A DNA stretch of 58,545 nt, counting the filler, from Asterionella formosa (lineage: Eukaryota): the NCBI GenBank assembly GCA_002256025.1. It is 8 parts of 8 records of this genome, joined end to end, with 100 filler letters (N's around TTAATTAATTAA, not from the genome) between each part and the next. Parts side by side here need not be neighbours in the genome. Positions count along the whole stretch, not along the records: positions 1 to 7,241 come from NKIB01012493.1; positions 7,342 to 14,579 come from NKIB01012494.1; 6 more parts are not named here. The stretch is one strand, 5' to 3'. The translations under genes and the position numbers were made by a program. Below, in pieces: positions 1 to 11,900 of this stretch. Below the pieces are notes generated by a model. The model was not told the origin of the DNA and ran no database searches. It saw nothing but the letters and a program-made list of their open reading frames with translations. Position 1 is the first letter of the stretch. The number at the start of each line of letters is the position of its first letter.

Positions 1-142
1 ATGTCGCGCTTTTCTTGCAAGGTGAAGAACTTTCTCATTTTTCACTTTTCGGAAACAGTGATCATATTAATAAATATTAGAAAATTGCGCGCCATCCTGT
101 AGAACTAATGAAATTAACTTAGGACTAGTATAAGGGAAATCT

Positions 143-225
143 CTTCATTGTCCTGGACCCCCCTTAAGTAAAATCAGTCAAATTCAGTCACGGCAGTGTA
201 CATTGGGGGGTCAAGGACAATGAAG
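143..225. mobile_element. 83-bp MITE-like element with 21-bp terminal inverted repeats
   Basis: CTTCATTGTCCTGGACCCCCC (143-163) versus GGGGGGTCAAGGACAATGAAG (205-225), 20/21 complementary. The right end is followed by TA. Confidence 0.6.
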
Positions 226-300
226 TATACGGGGTATATACAATACATGTAACTTCAACGCATCAATCCAACGGCAGGCAGCTTGCCACCAACTTCGGGT

Positions 301-440
301 GTACTGGTGGTACCAGGTACTGTTTCAAGGTACGGGTACGGGGTACTGGTACTGGTACCAGGAGGTGGTACTCCACCTCGTCGTTCCTGGGACATGGTAC
401 CTGGTACCAGGTACCCCTGGTACCAGGTCCCTCCTAGGTA
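301..440. repeat. GGTACC/CCAGGTACCTGG palindromic motif cluster
   Basis: Many overlapping TGGTACCAGGTACC-type units. The same motif recurs in most contigs. Confidence 0.8.
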
Positions 441-1051
441 GTCCTGATGATCTATTCTAGGCAGCCAATAGATCGACAACTTTTCATGTATACATACGCG
501 ACGACAAGCTTCCAGTAAACAAGGCGGTCGCCTATACCGGTATATAATAAATACAATAATTCATGCATGAACATAATATCCTTATGATCTCAAGACGAAC
601 TTTGATACCAGTATTCTTTCAATATGTACCGGCATAACCACTTGCCTCAGCGAGGAAGGGCGCTTAAATTTCCGGCTTTAAAATAACAGTTTCTTACCTG
701 CTAATGTGTGAATTTTATACCCATTGTTGTAAGGGCATCATCGCTCAACGTCTGGTACCAGGTACCCTGGTACTGTACCACTTGATCCTGCCTGGTAATC
801 CAACTTAAACCTATTTGGTATCATTCATGTTGTATGAAGAGCCAGTATTTGGCGACCGGCACTTCCCTCAAGGCAGGCGCCATCAACCCTGATGACGATG
901 CATCTGCTCGTACATAGACAATTTCGTCCATGTTGTGTATGTACTTGTTATACATTTTCTAGATTTTGTTTAAAAAAATAATTGTTTGTTGTTTGTCATG
1001 CTGGTCATGTTCACCAAAAGCACTCCTCCTTTCAACACACGATCTGCTGCC

Positions 1052-2785
1052 ATGGGTGGAAACCATACGGAAGTATTAGCTGTGAAGGAGAAAGAAAAAG
1101 GCGTCGAGGTCATCAGTGAAAGTAAAAGTGACATCGTGAAAACAGAGATCGAACTCGAGATTGAAAACCACGGGGATGGACTGGTGCGTTCATTCTTTCT
1201 TAGTTGAAACAATCATATATAACAACATGAGACTCACGGTTTCAGCAATTCGTTCCCACTCTTGGTTCATTTCCTTCAGTCAACTTTGCCTCAAAAGGAA
1301 CTTTTTGACCTTATCAACTTAGATCCAACCGATGACGATTCAAAGAATATTCTCAAGCTCAACGAACAGGCTATTCTGGCTTGGACGCGCGTTTTCCCTT
1401 GCACCTTCCGTAAAAAGTACAAATTAAAGGGATACGGTGACGATCCGATGAAACTAGTGTTTCCCTTGACGGCTCTCTGCGCTCTTCATGCGTCTAAATC
1501 TACCATCGAAACTGTCTACAAAACGTATCCAGAAGCTGCCTTTGATGCACTTTGTCGCTCGTCCTGTCTAAACTTCCCTCTTCCTCTCGTCGATTTCCTT
1601 GCAACAAGCCCAGATGTACTGTCTCAAGTGAATGACGAGGGTATGAATGTGCTTCATTTTGCTTCCGTTTGCGACAGTTGGTCCGACGAGATAATCAATT
1701 ATTTTGCCAAAAGCAATTCGGCCTTACTGCTATCGCAGACAAAAACAGGAAGCACTCCTCTACACCTTGGAATCAGCAAGCAGTTTCCCCTAGAGAAACT
1801 TAAACTTTTTGTTGACAAAGAGAATGCTGTTATGAAAGTAAAGGATGACAATGGACAGACCCCGTTGCATTCCGCATGCTGTGTTTCGACGTGTACCGTC
1901 ATTGAATTCCTCGTTGACTCGTTCCCTGGTGCGTTGGAGATGAATGACGTTAATGGATATGTTCCCTTGCACGCGGCGTGCGAAAGATCAGATGCATCTT
2001 TGGAGATTGTTTCATTTCTAGTTCGAAGAAATGAGTTGGCCGTGACGGCGACAGGAAGTATCAGCATTGATGCATCGTTAGATACAGTTGAATGCCTTGT
2101 TGCCAATGCACCACTCTTGACGGCAACAACCAATCCTGCTGATAGGGGAGGATTTGGACGGACTCCTTTGCATCTGGCATCAGAAATAAAAGATCGAGCA
2201 GAAATTGTTCGGTTCCTAGCAGAGAAGAACCCTTCTTGTTTGACAGTTGCAGATACTACAGGCGACCTGCCTATTCATCGAGCAAGCCGTTTCTCAGATG
2301 GGCCAACTGTGGATGTACTCCTTGAGTTGATGCCAGAATCGCTCGGAAGTAAGAATGGGGAGAAACTCACTCCATTTCTACAAGCGTGCTTCTTTGAAAA
2401 CGTTTCTGTCGTTGCCCACATGGCAGAGAAGTATCCTGAGTTGTGTAATACCCCTGATGACGAAGGCTGCTGCTCTTTGCACTTTGTTTGTGCCGAAGGG
2501 AAGAAAGATTCGATCAAAGTACTTCTTGAGAAATGTCCTGATTCCGCCAAGCTAGTGGACAAGAAGGGCCTGATCCCTCTTGCATTGGCTGCAAATCGCG
2601 AAAATGTTGACATGGAGAGTATTCAATGGTTGGTTGATGTATATCCCGATGGTATGAAAGTGGTTGATCATGCTGGAAATCGACCTGCGTTGAACCAGGA
2701 ACAAATGTATGCTTTAATCACCTATATGGCTGAACAACGCCCATTCAAGTCGATTTTTATTGGCGGGAAGGATTGCGAGGAGTAG
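1052..2785 (+). CDS. Ankyrin-repeat protein, 2 exons (1052-1183, 1280-2785), ~545 aa
   Basis: Multiple G-x-TPLH-x-A ankyrin motifs (GMNVLHFA, GSTPLHLG, GQTPLHSA, GYVPLHAA, GRTPLHLA, GDLPIHRA). A phase-0 GT..AG intron at 1184-1279, with a CTCAC branch-like site, joins ORF 986 to ORF 1262 in frame. Alternative starts at 998 and 1007. Confidence 0.85.
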
Positions 2786-4047
2786 GCCCATCCTTGAATC
2801 TTCCTGTTCTTCGCTTTTCTGTCCAATACATTTGTTTTTCGTTCAACAAATATTATATATCCAACATGGTAGTTCTGTTGTTGAGTTAGTTTGGAAAAAT
2901 GTATTATTTAAAATTCGATAGCAGCTTTTTAAGGTTGCACATGACAACATGCAAACAAGCAAACCGTTTATTGCTGTACAGTTTACCGGTTAGGATAGCT
3001 GCTAAAAATATTCCATCGATTGGGTTCATTAGGGAATCCCAATATTATCAAACTGCATTCATAGTGTTTCAGTTCATAGTATAAGCAGAGACTTTTGCCA
3101 ACCTCCCCTTGATAACTTTGATTTAACAAGAGCTGCCCCAGCCAAGTTGAGTAACACTGCTCAAAGTGAGAGCTCGTCAAGAAAAATATCCCACTCCAGC
3201 CGCTCTTTTTGAAAAGAATGGATAGCCATCCCTGCGAGAGAATTGTGTTGGGGTACACGTGAATTCTTGAAAAAATGTTGGAGAATCGTCTGCACAATCG
3301 ACTAGATTTAAAGATCTTCATTCGAAGTTTGCCGAAAGGCTTGCTCGCTTCCCTTCGAAGAACATTTCGATGACAGCGATTTCCTTTTGGATTTGAACCA
3401 CAGAGTGTTGAAATTGCGTCCCGATGCCCTCTATTGCTTTCTTGTTTCCTGTAAGGACACGTCAGGGACCAAATAGGCTGTAGATATGAACAACGATGTT
3501 GCAGTAATCGATTGTAATCGTCCTTAAAGTTTTAGTAGAATTATGGGTTTTACTGGCCATGTAGATTGTTTTCGAACTCTGAGTTGTTTTTTTCTGGTAC
3601 CATATTCTATTTGATTCGTTCGATTCAATATGTAGAAGGTAAATGATTCATGCCGGGATTTTTCTTTCCTATAATAATTTCTTCAACACAGAGAGGATGT
3701 TGCACTAGCAAACGGCATCATGGATACATTATACAGTGGCTGTTCTTATTCTGCAAAGGGCCAGGAGAGTAGACTAGTTTTCTGCCATCGGAATGTCTAT
3801 TTTTATTATACGAGCATTTAGTTGTTAATGAATGGGAATCTCTTGCCTTCATTGCAGTTTGGAAATGGTCGCAGTCATATAGTGGTAAACAGGTTTGCTT
3901 AGCGCGTACCATTCGAATAAAACTCCTATTTCACACACATCTAAGCTGCGAAATACGCCACTTTTCGAAATTTCATTTATGTAGGAGTGTTAATTACATG
4001 GTACTTCACATGAATTAATGCCACTCTTCCCTTAAAAAAGGTTACTT

Positions 4048-4430
4048 TTAACGGTTTCATGTGAAGTTTTCACAATGAACTTTGAACTTGAGACTGAATT
4101 AGTTGATGTTTCAAATAATTCATTTCAAAGTTCAACTAAGAACCTGCTCTCATGGCCAATTCATTTACGACATGCATCTTCCTTTGTGAAATAGTAAGGA
4201 TATTTGTGGTGTCTTAATTCATGCTACCAGGTACAGTTTATGGTTGTGCACTTAACGGTTTCATGTGAAGTTTCAACAATGAACTTTGAACTCAAGACTA
4301 AATTAGTTGATGTTTCAAATAATTCATTTCAAAGTTCAACTAATATCCTGCTCTCATGGCAAATTCATTTACTACACACATCTTTTTTTGTGAAATAGAA
4401 AGGATATTTGTGGTGTCTTATTTCATGCAT
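4048..4430. repeat. Tandem duplication, 2 copies with ~204-bp period, plus a degenerate third part near 4505-4590
   Basis: TTAACGGTTTCATGTGAAG...GGATATTTGTGGTGTCTTA.TTCATGC is present at ~4048 and ~4252. Confidence 0.85.
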
Positions 4431-4799
4431 GGACAAACTACAGCTTATATTTGTGAACTTCACGTAAATGATATGAACTATTATAGTGAACAAGACTTCT
4501 CTTCGAGGTTTTCATGTGATGGTTCAGAATCATACAGTGATTTCCAAGACAAAACTGGTTGATGTTACAACTACATATTTTAAAAGTTCAAGATAAAATT
4601 GTTTTAGATGATAAATCATTGCGAAATGCAACTCAAGTAATGTATGGTGGTATATGTGCCGAGAAGGTATGAATCGGCCAAGAAATGACAGCGAAAAGAG
4701 TTTTCGCCATCCTCATACGCAACCATAAACATCGCCGCTCTAGGCTGAAGTAAGTGCGCATTGTCAATGTAAAATTGGCAAATTGAGGTCGCACCACTA

Positions 4800-5480
4800 C
4801 GCCAAAGCAACGCCGACTCGAGAGAGTGTCCTTCAGCGCTTGTCAGAAGCACGCATGCGATGATAGCTAACCAAGCTAAGTACTGGTACAAGAACCCCGA
4901 GTGCATGTTGCTGTCTTGCGCTGTGTTGTGGCTTAGTTGTTCTAACCCCTTCGCACTTTTTTCCCTCAAATACTCCATCTGTAATCACGATTGGTAGATT
5001 GATTATCACAGCGAGGATTGCAGTCATCGGACGCACACTTAGTCAAAGTGGCCCTGCTGCAGAATTCAAATTTTCATTCTCAAACCAGCCAGGTTACAAC
5101 AACTTGGGCAACGAAGGTATGTTTTAATACGTTGGCTGTCGGGATTTCAGCACACTGCGCATTGGGATCGTTGGATCTTGGATTCAACCAAGTCGGCAAT
5201 GATGGGATTAGATCATAGGCACGTGCTTTGTTTGGATCTGCCTTGCAAATGCTCTACTTGGCAGGGAATCACATGCAGGAAGAAGAAGCCATGGCGTTGG
5301 CTGATGGGATCAGGAGAGGGTGCGCTGTGACCAAACTGTATTTGACTGGAAACCAATTAGATAGGGCCAGATGGAATGAAATCAGTAACAAAAGCCATTC
5401 TAGATTATGAACTGAGAAGGAAAAAAACGTCATATGGAGTCAATGGCACTTGAGGGATCCAAGAGCTCTTTTTAGGCGGA
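4800..5480 (+). pseudogene. Decayed RNI-like leucine-rich-repeat gene fragment
   Basis: LGSLDLGFNQVGNDG, LQMLYLAGNHMQEEEA, VTKLYLTGNQL and a frameshifted GYNNLGNEG. In-frame TAG at 5216-5218 plus frameshifts. Confidence 0.7.
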
Positions 5481-7241
5481 ACAAGCATGGGACCAATGGG
5501 TTGCCACGCAGTTGGTAGTACAATGCTCTGAATGTACGAATCACACAGAATTGAGGAAGACACAACAGATTGAAATTTCATCATGCAAGTGAATTGGTTA
5601 GCTCATCAGTCGATTGTTTTCAACATGAAATCAAGGCGTATTTTTTTACTATAGTAGGACAAGGCTAATGGTAGCTCATCCAGTGCATATGCAATTAGGA
5701 GTAGTAAATATTGGCTGTGTCCTCTCCCTCTTGTCATATTTGTTCAAGTCACACTGTACTAGCCTCAGAAATTTTTCCCGGCGAAATTGTTAGCAATACT
5801 GCGCCAGATTTTTTCGTGTAGATTGTAGGTTCTGTTGGTACAAAGAGAAAGTCATGGCCGCGCCAGGATTTTTGACCCTCTGAATTCATAAAAACACCAT
5901 TATTCAACACCACTGTGAACAATTTATTTTCAACATGGGGACAACCCTTACAACTAGCATCCCCCTTCCAGATTTTCAGCTGCCTCACTATAAACAAATC
6001 TTTTATCAGCCAGCTCACATAGTATGGTTTGTTGCACCAACAACAGGTGTAATGATGCAACATTGAGATCGTCCGCAAGAATGGATGCTTTTAAGGTAAT
6101 ATTTTTTCTTGCTTTTTTTGCTATCATGTCACCAAGTGAGTGATAATTCATATTGATATGCTGCTGTTCTCAACATTCTTTCGACATTTCAACAGGCCTT
6201 TTCAGGACAGGAGTGTTCTTTTGAAAGCAGGACGAGTGATAGAAGAAGGTGAAATGATGCAATATGGAGACCCGCAATGGAAGATTTTACTAAGGTAAGC
6301 TTCATCCTCAGTTTTTGTCATCACATCAGCAAAGCGAGCGATAAATCACATGGTTCTGTCATTGTTGTCTACATTTATTTCACATTTTAGCCGTCCATTT
6401 CACAACAGGAGCATTATTTTGAATACATCAGTGAGATGCGGTGCTGCCTGGTGGCTAATGCCAGTGTCTTGCTGTCAATTTGACTGCTTCGTGAAACAGT
6501 TGAATAGCACATGCATGTGTTGCTTTCTGCTGTTGCTAGGAGTTCTATTAAATGAATTAATGACTCACTGTTGTTATGTAAATCTTTGCAGGTCAATGAA
6601 GAAGTCATTTCAAGGACAAGAAGAAAGTCAGTGTGATGCATTCCTGTTGCAATTTCGCACCATGATGCCTGTTCAAGAATGAATAATTTTTTCTTTTAGA
6701 ATGAACGGCTTCTGTTTGTCTTGCATTGTCCTTATAGACGTCTCATAATGCCTGCCTTCTCAAGACTGAAGATGCCATTCTGAAATAACTGCTTTGTTTG
6801 ATTGCATATTGAGATTTGTTTCCCATCTAATGTGAAATATGGGTAGTTGAATTAGAAATCAACATATTTGATAGTACTTTTAAATTACATGAAAAAAATT
6901 CCAGAATTACGTTAACAAATTTAATCCATTACGTGAACTATATTATAAGGCAATGTGGACTTAATTACAGAATTAATTGAAGTATTTCAAATAATTATGT
7001 GAAGGTGATCACGTAATATAGTGAAGATCAGGAATGCATGCATGATACTCTGATCAAATAATTAACGTGATGTATTCAGATAATATATACCGTAAATACC
7101 GGAAGTTAAACTCCACTGGGAGATAAGCTGCAAGGACGGAATTTTTGGAACATTGTATAAACACAAACTGCTGGGAGTCAAGCTCCACGTAACCGAAATA
7201 CTATGTATTGCGTAAGAGAAAGTATAGTGCGCATGATCGTG

Positions 7242-7341
7242 NNNNNNNNNNNNNNNNNNNNNNNNNNNNNNNNNNNNNNNNNNNNTTAATTAATTAANNN
7301 NNNNNNNNNNNNNNNNNNNNNNNNNNNNNNNNNNNNNNNNN
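7242..7341. other. Artificial contig spacer
   Basis: N44-TTAATTAATTAA-N44 (stops in all six frames). Confidence 0.98.
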
Positions 7342-7425
7342 TACATGACCAGCAGGGTTGGCAGGAGCGGCGGAAGCAGACCAGGCCCAGCAAAATGCCA
7401 CAACGAGAGAAGCGAAGATGAGCAT
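7342..7425 (-). CDS. 5' end of a secreted protein, truncated at the contig edge; possibly an M6-family metalloprotease
   Basis: ATG at 7425 reads MLIFASLVVAFCWAWSASA|APANPAGHV: a signal peptide with an ASA cleavage site. APANP resembles M6 peptidase N-termini. Confidence 0.45.
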
Positions 7426-8198
7426 GAATTCGTCTATTGTCAATTGTTTTATGTTCTATTGAATGGAATTGACGGCTATTGAATCTGTACCGGTAATATG
7501 CTGGGTGTATTTTATAATTGACATGTCTCTTTTGCTGGTACCGCTCCATTGTTTGTATACTGGTAGTTGATGCGTTGATATTTGTCGCTGCATTGTCTGG
7601 CTTTGTCACGTAAAATGACTTCTTTATCGTTTACATCATTATGCCTTCATGATTAATGTACTGGTACTTCTTTGTTACCGGTACTGCAATCAAATCCAAA
7701 CACTGAAGTCACGAGCCAATAAAAGGATGGCAAATATACCGGTACTATCTATACTACCAGTATATCTTCATGCCAGCCGGCATAACTTCCCGAAAGAAGA
7801 ATAGAAGTACATCAACATCAATGGGCCTGTATACACTCGTACCAAGATAATATGTACAGGTAATCGAAATGACTACCGGTAGAACTTGCGATTTTCCCAT
7901 CAATACTAATAAATTACCGTATGCATAATGGTCACCCGCATGAACGATGCTTATAATTAGCTGTATTTTATTGCTTTCCCAATAAATCTACTAGAATAAC
8001 TGTACATATATTTTTGTGAATGACCCTTAACTACCTGCCGGCAATTCCCCGCTCTAGCTATTGTCTTGCCATTCGGGTACTTCTTCTGTATGTATAAGTA
8101 ATTTTTAGACTCTAAGTAATTCTTAAGGAATTTGGGGCACATCGAATTTTTCGGTATTAAAATAGCAGAGTTTGGCATTATGTGCAGCAAGAATGACG

Positions 8199-8450
8199 GT
8201 ACCTGGTGACTGGTACCAGGTACCTGGTACCACCAGGTGAGCGATCCTGCACATCGATACAGATGTATATAGGAGGGTTAGGGTTATATCATATATCTCA
8301 GAGCTCGACTAACACCTATTGTATACTTTGATGTCAAGTTGGGAAACAAGTTGTACATAAGATTAATTAGCTCATATATTCAACAAATACTACTACTTCT
8401 AGTTAGATACTTCACCAGGTACCGGTACCTGGTACCAGGTACCAGGTAGT
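8199..8450. repeat. Perfect GGTACC-based palindromes
   Basis: 22-bp palindrome TGGTACCAGGTACCTGGTACCA at 8211-8232 and overlapping 20-bp palindromes at 8414-8433 and 8424-8443. Confidence 0.9.
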
Positions 8451-8617
8451 GTACATGATAAACCGGTGTATGGAAATACATATTTTGCGTGGTGGAACGA
8501 GGATCAAAATACCGGTACACGAGAATGATTGTACATAACATACATACAAAAATCAATAAATAAATAAATTTAACATGATGATTGGAGCAACATGTGAACC
8601 GTACTGCATATGATACT

Positions 8618-8965
8618 GGGGGTAGTCAGAGTAGTACTAAGCGGCGAGCAACAGAACATATGTTCAGGACTGTTGCTACTGCAGTGGGACAGTAAATTAT
8701 CATAGTTTCAGGATCGTATGATCGTAAAATTGAAAGGGGGTAGTCGGAGTAGTAAGCGAGCAACAGAACACCATATGTTCAGGACTGCTGCTACTGCAGC
8801 GAGACAATAAATCATCATAGTTTCAGGATCGTATGACTGTAGAATTGAAAGGGGGAAGTTGGAGTAGTAAGCGAGCAACAGAACACCATATGTTCAGGAC
8901 TGTTGATACTACAGTGGGACAGTAAATCATCATAGTTTCAGGATTGTATAATTGTATAATTGAAA
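8618..8965. repeat. Tandem repeat, 3 copies of ~115-118 bp
   Basis: Units start GGGGG at 8618, 8736 and 8851, each containing GCGAGCAACAGAAC..CATATGTTCAGGACTG...CATAGTTTCAGGAT...AATTGAAA. Confidence 0.92.
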
Positions 8966-9346
8966 ACAAGATATGCTATTATTCAAAGTCGGTTCTGATT
9001 TTGTATATGATAATGTAAATAGCACTCTTGGTCTTAGTACGGTATCATATCTACTAGACAGCATAAAATATTATATGTAGTGGCCGATGATTCATTTCAT
9101 TGCAGCAACACCTGATTTTAAGATCATCAAGCTTAAGGTTGCTGCATTTGAACCCCTAGCTCGAGGTAGGGTTAATAAAATAATATTGAGTCAGACTAAT
9201 CAAACACATACTCTCCACCTATTAATCAAATATGTATAACGCTCAACGGAGCTTTCACCAATACACACCCTTTCCATATGCTTACATACAGTCTTCGGAC
9301 AAAGTAGGGGTGTAGGTCCACTCTATATATCGTCAGTATATTGGAT

Positions 9347-9473
9347 CTGGTCAGAAACTGCAGAAAGGAACTTCGGTTTTTTAGCTATGCTAAAAAGAAT
9401 CGAAAATTCGGGGGAAATCTGTTTATTTGGCATTGTAAAAAAACCGAAGTTCCTTTCTGCAGTTTCTCGCCAG
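9347..9473. repeat. Hairpin with perfect 30-bp arms
   Basis: AGAAACTGCAGAAAGGAACTTCGGTTTTTT (9353-9382) and its exact reverse complement (9438-9467), extended by CTGG/CCAG. Confidence 0.92.
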
Positions 9474-10406
9474 AAGTTATATACATACTGATGCTATTTG
9501 AAAGTTACCTATGTATCTAAATCGCTGTCAGACCCAGCCAGCGTTTAGCTATCGTCGTCCAAAAACTCGACAAAATCGGCCTTTTCTACGGTCGCCAAAA
9601 TATCGAAATCAGAATTATCATGTGCCGAAACATCATCATCGGAATTGTAGTCGTGTGCCGAAATTTTTAGTCCTAAAATCTCCTATCCAAAAAATTCCAT
9701 TGTAAGTGCCCGCTTCCACATATATAATATGATTGGTGAACGTGAATTGCATTCCTCTGTTTGATTGGCCTGGTTTGCGAGGTCTTGCAAACCCACGCCG
9801 GCCACATTGGATAAACATGTAACATTTTCTTGGGTGTTCTGACAGTCCGGTACTATATTCACGATGGGTACCAGTTGATGATGATCATTGGACATACGCG
9901 TACCGCTCCTTGAGTGCACTTTCAAAAATTTGCCGAGCCGCCGGGTTATATACATGACCCATACTCGTCGATCGGAGTATAGATTGTAGTACTGGTGCAC
10001 ACCATGAAGCAATGTAGAATCTAAATATGTGTATGTATTTATATATATATATATATATTTATTAAACGATTTGAATATGTCGAAAAGATTCAATGCATAG
10101 CATATAAAATCGTTAATCGGAGTATAGAGTGTCCATGCATACATGTTGATCGTATTTTTAGCGTATATATACAAACAGCGACTAAGAGTGTTAATATATA
10201 TATAGCGATTTCGACAAGGAATCTATGTACGTATTCGCAAATTTCCACTGATTTAAATATTTCAAATGGAATCACGTCATTCAAAAATAGCTAATTAAAT
10301 TCTTAATTCCAGGGACTTTTGGCAACCCTAAGCAATATTTTAATTTTTGCCTAGGGTTTCAAATGCAGCAACATTAAGACATTAACAATAGTTATCAAGT
10401 AGTACA

Positions 10407-10853
10407 ATGTCTTCAAGAAACCATAAAGAGGTTCATGGAAACAAGCGACATGTGACAAATACTGCCGGTATGGAACAAAGAAGCAAGTACCAAAATGAGT
10501 TAACAAAGAAAAAGCGAATAGGCGATTATCCAAAGCAACCCAATCGGCGATTGGGAGACGTTGGGGGTCATACCCCATCGTCGATGGAGACACAATCAGC
10601 TACTAGTAGTACAAAGGATCCCGTAATTGATACTGACAGCGATGATGACGTTTCTACTTCAAGAAAAATGGCTCCTGTCGATGATACCATTAATAACTCC
10701 CAGATGCAGATGGACGACATGGTACCATATTATAAATTTTCTAATCGCACGGACCAACAAGTACATGACAATCTGAGGGAAAAACATTTTGCACTTGCCA
10801 AAGGATATTATCAATTGGTCAATGAACTCAATCACTACAAAGTTGCGTCGTAA
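10407..10853 (+). CDS. Hypothetical hydrophilic protein (148 aa ORF; possibly the first exon or a remnant of a TE accessory gene)
   Basis: ATG-initiated ORF with coding-like composition in an otherwise AT-rich region. No recognisable domain. Confidence 0.35.
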   Translation: MSSRNHKEVHGNKRHVTNTAGMEQRSKYQNELTKKKRIGDYPKQPNRRLGDVGGHTPSSMETQSATSSTKDPVIDTDSDDDVSTSRKMAPVDDTINNSQMQMDDMVPYYKFSNRTDQQVHDNLREKHFALAKGYYQLVNELNHYKVAS

Positions 10854-11529
10854 TTCAGATCAAAACTCGTCCATACGAGGTTATCAAGAATCTTCAATTT
10901 CAGCAGCCTTATCAGAACGTGGTTCCCGCTTAGCTAAAATTGAACCGATCCATCAATTGTAACAAAGATTGTGAGTTTAATTTAATTTCAAGACCAAGAA
11001 GTTTTGCTGTGAACATGTAAGTTTGAGGTTATAGTTCGTAAATTGCAGGTACTGTAAAACAGAATATCAATCTAATGTGCTTTTTTCTGGTCCCAAAAGA
11101 GAATCAAACATCCCGCCCTATACCGATATTGGGCGGGTTTTCCATGAGCAAACAACAATGAAGAGAGCCACTTGCCATCGCTATCTTGATGGTATCAAAG
11201 ATGCGGACAAACTCAATAGTAAATACAAGTGCAGCATGCGAAATGCGGAAACGAAATGGTAATCAGAATCATTCTACAACTATGTGAATAGCAGTCTGTT
11301 ACATTTTCGTATCTCCTTCTATGCTGAATCTCAATAGTAGATGTAATATCATGTGAGAATTGAAAATGTCAACAAGAACAAGTAGAATGTGTTTGTTTAC
11401 AAGTTGATTTGCGAGATTGTCATGCTGGTGGTGGACGAAACTGATTTACTTTTTGCGCTGTGTGCGGAAACATTCCGAGTTCAAATGATTTCTTTTCTGT
11501 AAACTCTTAATTGAATGATTATGAACATA

Positions 11530-11900
11530 GGTTCACTGCACATGATGATTACTCAAAGATATAATGATCACTTGACCAACAATTGAAGACCTTGTTATCG
11601 CAAACAATCATTCCACTTGTCATTGCTAGTATTTCGTTGTTGTTGTTGCGAAAATCGGAGTGATGATGGATAGAAATGATGAGCCAAATTACATTACTTT
11701 AGCTGGTACATTATCCTACCAAGAAATTCAAATACAGGAATCTAATAGAAACAATACATATAATAATTAAATATACATAGTCAAAAAGGTTACTTTTAAA
11801 TTACAAAGGCATAAATCAAAAATTTTAGATGATATAACGAAAAATTATGATCAGATGATGATGCATCATGGGAATATGATAGCTTTTATTTGCAAATGAT
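11530..11900. repeat. ~370-bp dispersed repeat, copy 1 (copy 2 at 29358-29732)
   Basis: GGTTCACTGCACAT..GATTACTCAAAGATATAA...TGATGCATCATGGGAATATGATAG aligns between two different contigs. Confidence 0.9.

Noticed and set aside
255..479. ORF with WYQ/VPGT repeats (likewise 14916-15167, 23639-23824, 23778-23999)
   Set aside because: Spurious translation of the GGTACC palindrome arrays.
2983..3480. Minus-strand ORF 2983-3321 and neighbouring frames
   Set aside because: Coding-like patches switch frame and contain stops; no family was recognised.
5700..6700. Fragmented minus-strand ORFs
   Set aside because: No recognisable motif; probably an eroded TE or gene.
7286..7609. ORFs running into N-runs and ending in LIN
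   Set aside because: Artefact of the TTAATTAATTAA spacer.
8618..8965. Possible CRISPR array
   Set aside because: Whole units are repeated with no unique spacers, there are no cas genes, and the context is eukaryotic.
10040..10057. (TA)n microsatellites (also ~31722 and ~48357)
   Set aside because: Ordinary simple repeats.
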